From Candidatus Methanomethylicia archaeon (GTDB lineage Archaea > Thermoproteota > Methanomethylicia > CALHIW01): a stretch of 27,634 bases of DNA. The notes under the pieces were generated by a model that worked only from the letters and a program-made list of their open reading frames with translations, searched no databases and was not told the DNA's origin. Shown here piece by piece: positions 10,230-18,954 of the stretch; within the stretch, counting starts at the first letter, position 1; each line of letters begins with the position of its first letter. Where the stretch lies: NCBI GenBank assembly GCA_038845975.1, contig JAWBQF010000031.1:1-27634 (forward strand). The letters run 5' to 3'. The position numbers were made by a program, and so were the translations under genes.

Positions 10230-10480
10230 ATGGCTAAACAACAATAATACTTAGGGAAGACATTTACCAATCACTTAGAGCTGGCTAGAAACATTTCAAA
10301 CCTAATAAATAAAATTTTAATTGAGTATTTTGCAAGAGGAAAGCATGTTGGAACCATGAAACTAACTATGTTAGCAATTTAAGAGGCCATAGGGATCAAT
10401 TATGAGGTATGTCATCAACATACATTTAGATAGAGTATTTTATTGGAGCGAAAGCTAGGAAAAGCTAAACCCATTGAAGA
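10230..10480 (+). pseudogene. Degenerate vapBC pair
   Basis: Frameshifted TIILREDIYQ...RNISNLINKILIEYF antitoxin, followed by an MRYVI...IEYFIG...KAKP.IE toxin N-terminus resembling the intact vapC. Confidence 0.6.
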
Positions 10481-10789
10481 TGCTTGGTTAAGGTAAAGCT
10501 TCAGATAATAGGGCTTCAGCAAGACGATAAATGAACCTAGACTACTTTCAGCTAGGCTTCTCCTTCAAAGCAAGCCTCTCTAAATGGATAATCACTGTTA
10601 AACAAGCAAAACCTGGCCTCAACTAGCTTTGCAAGCATATAGACCTATCAACCTTTAAAATATCAACAATTCCTCCATTAACAAGATACATAAAGAAAAT
10701 AGCTAATTTATCCGAATTTAGCAAGAAGCTAGCACGCTATCTAAAGCGGTTAGGTGAGGATGTCAGTAATTAAAGCATTTGCCGGTAAT

Positions 10790-10848
10790 GATACTGTCAA
10801 GTAGCATATAGTAAGCTCATAGAATTTAAGGCTTAACTTGACAATATC
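10790..10848. mobile_element. 59-bp TIR mini-element (IS6-like ends)
   Basis: gatactgtcaagt ... acttgacaatatc (12/13 inverted); flanks gccggtaat / gttggtaac differ only by C/T transitions. Confidence 0.65.
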
Positions 10849-10857
10849 GTTGGTAAC

Positions 10858-10907
10858 GGACCCGGCAACTTAAGAAGAAGGCTACAATATGCTAAGTTGC
10901 CAAGTCC
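10858..10907. mobile_element. 50-bp IS6-derived MITE, copy 3
   Basis: ggacccggcaacttaag...ctaagttgccaagtcc; 8-bp TSD ttggtaac/tcggtaac; ends match the IS at 26320-26953. Confidence 0.85.
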
Positions 10908-10915
10908 TCGGTAAC

Positions 10916-10974
10916 GGCTCTATGAACTTTAGATATGGAAGTTTATATAGCTGATAACTTAAGTTCACAGAGCC
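10916..10974. mobile_element. 59-bp TIR mini-element (IS6-like ends)
   Basis: ggctctatgaactt ... aagttcacagagcc (13/14 inverted); right flank runs directly into truncated tnpB with no TSD. Confidence 0.75.
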
Positions 10975-12074
10975 GGGAGTGCTTAGATAAAGCCGTTACA
11001 GCAAATATAAGCTCAAGAAAAAGACTACATGAGGTAATCTACGGTAAACTAAGATTCAAATATCCTCATTATCTGTCACACTACATTTACACGGCTATAA
11101 CGCAGGCTTTGGCGATGTTCAAGTCGTATAGAAGGATGTCTAGGAAGAGGAAAGACATCAGCCTTCCAAGAATTGAAAACCTAAACACGATTCTCTTAGA
11201 TGATACTCATCTCTTCTGGTTTAGCTGGGGAAGCTTAAAGTTAGCCACGCATAAGGGACACATCACAATACCTTTCAACGTCCATGAATACTCGAAGAAG
11301 TTCTGCAGCTGGAGGGTTAAAGGCTCAAGGCTTGTGAAGAGGGGATGAATACTATCTTCACGTCTCCTTTAGGACAGTAGTTGGGGAGAGGAGGCATGAA
11401 GGTTTTCTCGGCGTAGATATCAATGAGAGAAGCATAGATTTAGCAGTCATAAAGCCAAGTAAAGTTAGGTTCATTAAAATCGATATGAGTGAAATGAAGT
11501 ACATCAGGGATAGGTATTTCAAAAAGAGGAGGATTATCCAAAGCAGAACCTTAGGAAAGGCTAAGCTACTAGTAAAGTATTCTGGAAGAGAGAAGAGGAG
11601 GGTTGACGATATACTCCATAAAGCAACGAAGGTAATAGCTAGCATTGTAGCTGAAGAAAAAGTTAAACCAGTCATGGAAAATTTGAAAATATCCGGCAAA
11701 GAATACGATATGGAAGAAAGATCAATAGGAGACTTCATAGATTACCTCACGTAGTCTTTTTCTTGAACTTATATTTGCTTACCGTTTAGAAAAACACAGT
11801 CATATATTTCATACAAAGTAACGGAGAAAGGGTTCAAACCAGAAACTGTTGAAGCGAAGAATACCTCTCAAACATGTCCGATATGTGGCGAGTTGAATAA
11901 GCCGAATGGACATGTCCTTAAATGCAAACGGTCGGCTTCCAAGCGGATAGGCATTTGATAGCCGCTTGGAACATAGCCGCAAAACTCCTCATGCGCCGTC
12001 CTTTACCGTTGGCGGCGAAAGCCATCTATGAAGCCTTTAAGGCAGAGGTGGAACAGATAGTTATAAAGTGTTAG
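10975..12074 (+). pseudogene. tnpB: IS200/IS605-family TnpB pseudogene (5'-truncated, frameshifted)
   Basis: RuvC I LGVDINE, RuvC II VMENL, zinc ribbon TSQTCPICG, RuvC III ADRHLIAAWNI; frameshifts near 11345, 11690, 11750 and 11930. Confidence 0.92.
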
Positions 12075-12321
12075 CTATCCGACAACGGTAAGTTATCAGT
12101 TAAATTATGGATGAATATGCTTGATGTGAAGGCTACATAGTCGTAAACATAGCTTCAATTAACTCACATTCACATCAACCATAAATCCTACACTAACAAT
12201 CATACTTACAATACAGCATTAGCAATATATGATGTTGGAATCATGGAGAGTATTACCTAATGTGGGGAAGCTGGTAGGATCTAGAGCGTTAAGATTAAAA
12301 GTATTCCAGATATTTATGTTT

Positions 12322-12402
12322 ATGGCTAGAATTGGAAGAATTGAGAAGTGTAGAAAGCCGAGAATTGGAAGAGTTGTTGAGGGTAAGCTGAGATGGCGGT
12401 AA
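12322..12402 (+). CDS. Small basic ORF or remnant (26 aa) overlapping the downstream gene start
   Basis: MARIGRIEKCRKPRIGRVVEGKLRWR*; in-frame 12-bp repeat agaattggaaga; stop overlaps the 12393 start region. Confidence 0.3.
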   Translation: MARIGRIEKCRKPRIGRVVEGKLRWR

Positions 12403-12809
12403 GAGTAAGAGTTAATATAAGTGTAGGTGATAAGTCTCTAGAGGCTGTAGCACTTATAAACTCAGGGTTTGAAACTGAGGAGCCGCAGATATTGATTCCG
12501 ATGAAAGCCTTAAGAAAACTAGGTCTTAAGCTAACAGGAGCTGTTGAGGACATATATGATACTGCTGGAGGACCAACTAGAGTCTGGATATATCCTGAAA
12601 AAGCTAGGATATCAATAATAGAGAGTAAGGGTAAAGTAGTTAGTGAAGCTATAGCGGATATAGTCATATCAGCTATAGAGGATGAAGTACTGATAGGTGA
12701 TAAACTAGCAGGAGCTTTAAAAATCATGGTGGAAGACTTCACGGAGGGCATATGGAGAATTAAGGGAGGAAGAAGGAGGAGAAGTGAAAAACCACAGAGA
12801 TGGAGATAA
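12393..12809 (+). CDS. Retropepsin-like (clan AA) fold protein with Asn at the catalytic Asp position
   Basis: AVALINSGFE (cf. ALVDTGF), ILIP, TAGG flap and EVLIG motif. Confidence 0.8.
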   Translation: MAVRVRVNISVGDKSLEAVALINSGFETEEPQILIPMKALRKLGLKLTGAVEDIYDTAGGPTRVWIYPEKARISIIESKGKVVSEAIADIVISAIEDEVLIGDKLAGALKIMVEDFTEGIWRIKGGRRRRSEKPQRWR

Positions 12810-13634
12810 CAGGATTACCAGCCTACTACTCCTAGTAGCTAAAATGCTTTGTAAGCATTATTATCTCTATAATATGATGTTCTATCAACTCATCATTTAA
12901 CATTAGGTTTACATCCTCCAGCAACTTGTTCCTCATTATGAATAGCAATAATTTATTGAGCTCCTTCACAAGTCCTAGAATACTTAGCAACCTCCCATAA
13001 CTGATTAAACTATATAATACATTATGATAAATCAAAGCCTAAGCATAAACATATTTAATCAGTAGATGCTAATATCTGCTTTAGATGTTAAGTATGGATG
13101 CCTACCTTAATGATTGTGTTGAAGATAAATATTAGAGTGTAACGTCTTCAACATCTGGAGCTATTGAAGTTTCTAGTGGTCAGTGGAATATATGGTCAGC
13201 ATTATTAAGACTATATATGATAAGATTGCTGGGAGGAATTATTGAGGATTTGCTGTTATTGTTGGTGAGTAACTAGGGCTATTAGTTAGGTGGATTGAAT
13301 ATTATGTTAGCGATTTTATTAGCTTATGTTGGGGATTAGGGAGGTATAGACTGATAAATATCATGGCAGCAAGAAGAACTCTATCATGTTATTAGTAATG
13401 TGTTTAAAGTCTTCCTGTAAGCTTGATTCAATATTTGGTTTTTAAAGTGTATGAGGGCTTAGCGGAAGCGGGAGCTTACTGATTCTGTAATATTTTAAAT
13501 GAAGTTGTGATGTATAGGTATTATGGAGGGTTGTTTAAAGTTCCTATTGATAAGATCATGTTAGCTACTGAGGATGAAACCTAAGTATATTATATACTAT
13601 GATGGGTTACTGTGTTGTGGAGTTGATGATTGCA

Positions 13635-14909
13635 TTATAATGTTATGGTTTTTGAGGTTGGTAGGAAGATGAAGTCTAGGAGGTTTATTGCTTTAATCTG
13701 TGGATTGATTTTCCCTGTTTCCCCATTGTAAATAATGACTCCAAAGTCTACTTTAAACTTTTCAATGAAGTATACTAGGTTTTTAATATCGTTTTTATCT
13801 AGGGTTTTCTTGTATTTAACCTCTACTGGAATTATCCTCCTATTTCTAATTATGAAATCCACTTCCCTACCACCCTCCCTCCAGTAGTTTTGAGTATTTA
13901 TTTTTGATGCTACAGCACACTCAACAACTCTACTTTCCTCTATGTTTGGATTGAATGGGAATACTAGAGATACATCGTATGGATATATTTTTCTTAGCTT
14001 TCTAGATTCAGATAGGATGGAGGCTCTGAAGTTTTTAATTATTGTTATTAGCTTTGCAAACTCTAGTAGGAATATATGCCATTCCAATGTTTTCTTATGT
14101 ATTCTTAAGCTTTTAGATAGGGAGTCTATATTTAGTATCATTCCAGGCTCTCCATAGAAAATTTCCAGTAGGTTTTCTAGAAGCTTTGAATTAACGTTTT
14201 TAAATGTATCAGGTAAATCTATTTTTAAAATCTTCGCCAGTATATTCTCCCTTATATACTCAAATATTCTTCTATCCTCCTCCCAGTTAACTATTTCCGG
14301 ATATGGTTTTTTAAAGTAGTTATTCAGCTCCAACTCTATCTCACCTTTATACAGCTCATAAACGTCAATTCTCCTATTATACTTCAACTCATAATATTCC
14401 TCAAGGGATAATGGCTTCACCTCCTCTAGAAAGTATCTTCCAGCTAGATCAGTTACAGCTTCGGAAATTAGCTGTAGGGATGCTGAGCCTGAAACTATGA
14501 ATTTTATCTTTGGGAAATTATCGTAGATAATTTTTATTTTTGAACTCCAATCCTTTAGCTTCTGTATTTCATCCAGAAACACAAATATATTCTCACTCCT
14601 CCAATCTATCTTCACGATTTTCTGAAAGCTACTTAAAATATCAGTTATATCCTCAATCTTCACGTCAAAGGAGAAGTATAGAATTCTTCTAGGATCAACA
14701 TTCTCTTTAAGTAAGTCGTCAATAAGCTGAAACATCAATGTACTCTTCCCCACCCTTCTTAAACCAACTATAATTGTAATCTGTCTATACCTCATTAAAT
14801 CCTTTAGATTGCTAAAGCATTTCCTACGGTAAGGTTTAACTCTATCCCCACCTACCCTTCCAGTTCTCCACCATTCATTTAGGAGAATTAGTAATTCATC
14901 CAACTTCAT
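13635..14909 (-). CDS. AAA_14 / DUF4143 ATP-binding protein
   Basis: Walker A GLRRVGKST, Walker B FLDEIQ, VSGSAS, LAGR and the C-terminal EVDFII...IPVEVK PD-(D/E)XK-like domain. Confidence 0.92.
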   Translation of the reverse strand: MKLDELLILLNEWWRTGRVGGDRVKPYRRKCFSNLKDLMRYRQITIIVGLRRVGKSTLMFQLIDDLLKENVDPRRILYFSFDVKIEDITDILSSFQKIVKIDWRSENIFVFLDEIQKLKDWSSKIKIIYDNFPKIKFIVSGSASLQLISEAVTDLAGRYFLEEVKPLSLEEYYELKYNRRIDVYELYKGEIELELNNYFKKPYPEIVNWEEDRRIFEYIRENILAKILKIDLPDTFKNVNSKLLENLLEIFYGEPGMILNIDSLSKSLRIHKKTLEWHIFLLEFAKLITIIKNFRASILSESRKLRKIYPYDVSLVFPFNPNIEESRVVECAVASKINTQNYWREGGREVDFIIRNRRIIPVEVKYKKTLDKNDIKNLVYFIEKFKVDFGVIIYNGETGKINPQIKAINLLDFIFLPTSKTITL

Positions 14910-15399
14910 AAGAATACTTTATGGAACGAATATTTAAATTTTTAGTTCACAATATAGAACGAATATTAAAATAATATACTATAATGGATAAATGGATAAA
15001 TGTTAAGCTTGAATAATCTAAACCTAACTTGACTTAAGAAACTTCCCAACTAAATCCTACCCTTAAATCAATTTATACTATCTTACTATGCCTCTAACCA
15101 CTATGAATCATATACTGCTCTACTTCTAAGCCCTATATACTCTAGATTTACATGCTTACTTATTAAACTAAACATCAAGAATTCCAATATGTAAAAGCTT
15201 AACGTAAACCATACATTACTTTAAGATTATAGTTAATAGAGGGAATAATGTAGAGACTTAGACAGCTCAGCATAGTAAAGTGGAATTTGCCTTGGAAATT
15301 TTGCTTGAGCTAGTTATGTCTGTTCTGATTGCTAATATAAGGGAGGCTTAAACCTAGGCTGATAGTCCTATTTAGATGAGGGTTAAGTAGCAGTTCCTG

Positions 15400-16130
15400 G
15401 GCTTTGTTAACTTAATCATGTTTTATCACCTCTATTTTGGTATTGTATCTTCTATGAATTCCTTAGCTTTTATTTTCCTGTTAATCCATGTTTGTTTAGT
15501 ATGTATGCTATTGACTTCATAAGCATTAATGCATGCTCATTACCGCATTTATCCTTCATGCATGGTATGTAGTTATCGAATAGCTTAGTTCTATCCTATA
15601 TACTGTATTATTCTCTCCATTAGATTCCTAACTTCTAAACTATACAATTCATATTTTAATTTTAATATTCTCATGATGCTTTATAATAATGAGCGCCATC
15701 ACTTAATACAACTATATTCCATAAATAGCTCTAATCTTCTTAAGGAATGTTAGAGATGTAAGCATGTTGCAACATCACAAACCCATATGTAGAGAATCCT
15801 CCTCAATAATGGCTCGAATGCAACATAAACAACCTTACTCTTAGAACCTACACTTATAATAGTATCATCAACCACAATCCTAACATCCCTCCTATCAAAT
15901 TCAAATAGGAAGCTTAAAGATCTAAACCACGATAATATAGAATAATTCCTAACAATAATGAAGCTTAGAATATCTGAAGCCATTCTAGATGAACATGAAC
16001 GAAAATATATATAAGCAATAAACAACTAGAGTAAATGGAGTTCTCTCCCTAACAAACTTAACAACTTTAACTATATTAACACCATAAATAGGGGAGAGAA
16101 CTCCCAAATAAATCTAAAGTTAACAAAGCC
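15400..16130 (-). mobile_element. IS6-family element type A, copy 1 (degenerate transposase)
   Basis: Perfect 14-bp TIR ggctttgttaactt; minus-strand IVVDDTIISVG...VYVAFEP DDE-like segment; homologous to 21626-22311; no TSD. Confidence 0.88.
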
Positions 16131-16136
16131 ATAAAC

Positions 16137-16850
16137 GATGCTGTCCGAAATTTAATAATTATTCTTCTTTCTTTACTGGAATTTCACTTTTACAATAGGA
16201 ATATTTGAGCATCTTATTATATCCTTTTCTAGAAGTGAGAATTTAATTCTTTGCTTTTTGATTTTAAATTAAGCCATCTAGAATAAACTCTTTTACTGGA
16301 ATTTCTTTTTATAATTAGGACATGGCAAATTCTCTTGCTTCATTTAACCAATATATGAGCTTTAAAAGAGATTGATTCTCTTCATCGTTATTCCATCTCT
16401 TAAGTCAATAGCCTCTTAAGAATTTGCAAAATTAATGTTGTTAAAAAAGGATTTATCCTTTGTAGTAGCTAAAGAATCTTTTAATAAGATTCTCCCTGTT
16501 AAGTACTTATAAGGAATTTCCTGTCTTCAAAACCTCCTTATACCAATATCCACTAGGAAAGTTATTTTCTCACAAGCCTTCATGATTTTATTAACAAACA
16601 CTCGTGATTAGATGATTCCTTGCTGTAAATAATTGAGAGCCAAGGAATTTCCCTCCTTAACAACATATAAACTTTTTACCATTCGATTTAAAGAATCCAT
16701 GGCTATTAGCTCTCTATTTTTCCGAAAATTGAGCTCTATGGCTTTAGCAAGCTTATTTACCTATTCCCAAATCGAAGATTTACTAGCTTCTTACCCTATA
16801 ATTTAAGCTTCTAGATGTTTTCTATAGGAACTCATCTCTAAATTCCATAT
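16137..16850 (-). mobile_element. IS6-family remnant type D
   Basis: Fragmented minus-strand SSYRK, SKSSIWE, RELIAMD and TARNHLITRVF; left end gatgctgtccgaa resembles ggttctgtccgga at 26962; right end not found. Confidence 0.6.
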
Positions 16851-17078
16851 CTTAAATATATTATTATGCATGCTACAGTAAAATCATACTAGTTACCATT
16901 ACCTAGATGTTGAGACCTAGTTGAAAATATTACCGCTTAGGTATTATTAAGCTATAGCCTTAATATGCTTAATCATAAATAGCGTAATCTTAATTCATTA
17001 ATGCTATTGTTGAAGATAGGTTAAATCATGAATTCTTAAGTATAGATAAATTTAAACAGATAACTGCTCTAATATATT

Positions 17079-17741
17079 ATGTTTGTTAATTTATATATTC
17101 CAAGTGAATATGAGGAGCTTAAAAGAATTCCCGGCGGCGGACTTACATTAATTAGAGGGGAGCCTGAATCGTACTACTACTTGGTTGGGAGATATATTTT
17201 GTTTAATCATTGTATGAATGGGGGAAGAACTCTATATATTGCTCTTGATGAGAACATTGAGGATATTAGGGAGTCTATGGCTACTCTAGGCATGAATATT
17301 AATGTTTTCGAAGCTAATAGACAGTGGGTTTTCATGGATCTATATAGTAAACGTATTGAAAGCTTTACTGAGAAGGAGCTTCTCAAATATGTTCAGAATG
17401 GTTTCTGGACAGCTCTAGATAGCCTATCAACATTCCTACTGGAGTTTATTCAAGTTGAAAACACGATATCATTTATTAAACATTTATCAAGCATTTTTAG
17501 GCTAAGTAATGGCCTTCATATCGCATACGTGATTCCAAGCCTTCATGATGTAAGAATAAATGTACTCCTCAAGCAAGCTGCAGATATAGTTATGGATTGC
17601 TCATATAGTGAGGAGGGGGGAACTATATCTAGGCTCTTAAAGATAATTAAGATTAAACGTAGACCATTTCATGGAATTATGATACCGTTCATTATAACAA
17701 GCTATGGAATATCCTTTGAGATCACTACTAGACTCGCATAA
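17079..17741 (+). CDS. KaiC/RAD55-like protein with degenerate Walker A (probably inactive ATPase)
   Basis: IPGGGLTLIRGEPESYYY (no GKT), LYIALDEN, ALDSLS, ADIVM, RLLKIIKIK, PFIITSYGI. Confidence 0.82.
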   Translation: MFVNLYIPSEYEELKRIPGGGLTLIRGEPESYYYLVGRYILFNHCMNGGRTLYIALDENIEDIRESMATLGMNINVFEANRQWVFMDLYSKRIESFTEKELLKYVQNGFWTALDSLSTFLLEFIQVENTISFIKHLSSIFRLSNGLHIAYVIPSLHDVRINVLLKQAADIVMDCSYSEEGGTISRLLKIIKIKRRPFHGIMIPFIITSYGISFEITTRLA

Positions 17742-17782
17742 TCAGCTATTAATGGTTAGCTATTTGTTAATCCTAATCATAG

Positions 17783-18646
17783 TTATAGTATTAGTAAGTT
17801 AAAGATTATTACTGATATTATTGATAAGATAAGTGAATGTCTTAGACCTACTAGTGAATATCCTGTTCCTATCTTGCCAGCTATTATTCCTCCTACTAGC
17901 GATTCAATAAATGATGAGTAGTATAGGACTGACTTGTAGAAGTTTATGTTTAGTAGTCCCCTCATAAATGTTACCTCCTGAGCTCCTACAAGTAGTGGAT
18001 ATAGAAACATCCTCACTAGCACGTAGGATACAGCTAAGTATATTATCACCGCAGTATAGATTACCAGTACATAGGGCTTCATTGATGTTATTCTTTCAGC
18101 CTCGTATTCAGCTGTGGATAAATATAGTTTTGACGCTGATTCTAAAACCTCATTAACCCTTCCTCCACTTTTAAGCGCCTCAGAAAGTATTATTGAAGCC
18201 ATTTTAACTCTAGGTGATGGAAGCCTTTCACCGAGTTTAAGGATAGCCTTATCTATTTCTACACCTAGCCTAAACATTACTACAACTCTTCTAAGCTCAT
18301 ATGAGAGGGAGCCATAGTTCATTTTTGAAACCTCCTCTATAGCTCTTGGAAGTGTAAGTCCTGACCTTACCGATTCAGCAAGATCTCTAAATAGATCTGA
18401 AAGATGAAGCTCCGCGCTTCTAACCCATTTATAATTTATATATTCAACTATTGATGGTGAAGCTATGGATACTATCAATCCAAACATTACCATATTATTT
18501 ACATTACTATCTAGGGGAATAATATATGGTAATTTAGGCCTATACATCCCGGTAATTATTGGTGAGATTATAATTAGTATTGAGGATATAATTGAGGCAA
18601 TCCATACAGCTATTCTCCACTTCCTCTTAAAGAATAGAGCCGGCAT
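17783..18646 (-). CDS. Type II secretion system F-family (TadC/FlaJ-like) membrane platform protein
   Basis: FRDLAESVRSGLTL, YGSL..EL, SGG...EVLE, MKPY and GIIAGKI with several TM segments. Confidence 0.92.
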   Translation of the reverse strand: MPALFFKRKWRIAVWIASIISSILIIISPIITGMYRPKLPYIIPLDSNVNNMVMFGLIVSIASPSIVEYINYKWVRSAELHLSDLFRDLAESVRSGLTLPRAIEEVSKMNYGSLSYELRRVVVMFRLGVEIDKAILKLGERLPSPRVKMASIILSEALKSGGRVNEVLESASKLYLSTAEYEAERITSMKPYVLVIYTAVIIYLAVSYVLVRMFLYPLLVGAQEVTFMRGLLNINFYKSVLYYSSFIESLVGGIIAGKIGTGYSLVGLRHSLILSIISVIIFNLLIL

Positions 18647-18954
18647 TATATCCTCTTATTTACTGTATATTTATTTATACTTCATGATAAATATAAACTT
18701 TACAGCATACGTTCCTAAATCGCTAACATACACTGATTGTAAGATAATCTTCAAAATATGAGTCCCATATAATTAATTTTATTTAGATGATTTTCTAAAC
18801 TCTACATCATCTAATATAACATATCACGTATTAGTTTAAGTGTAGAGATGTGGTTTCTAGACAAGTAGTACCTAACTACATGCTATGAAACTCCATATGT
18901 ACTATAGGTTCTCAACAAATCTTTAAGATGGTAAATCCATGAATTTCATATGAT

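Noticed and set aside
10781-10974. CRISPR mini-array or integron attC array
   Set aside because: The repeats are only 8-9 bp, the units carry their own TIRs matching IS6 ends, there are no cas or integrase genes, and no proper RYYYAAC/GTTRRRY attC geometry.
12832-13400. 67-aa ORF and possible membrane transporter remnant
   Set aside because: Low-complexity and fragmented, with no diagnostic motif.
16171-16320. Degenerate ~30-bp direct repeat (tttactggaatttc...)
   Set aside because: Lies within a decayed IS remnant; most likely a local duplication with no function.
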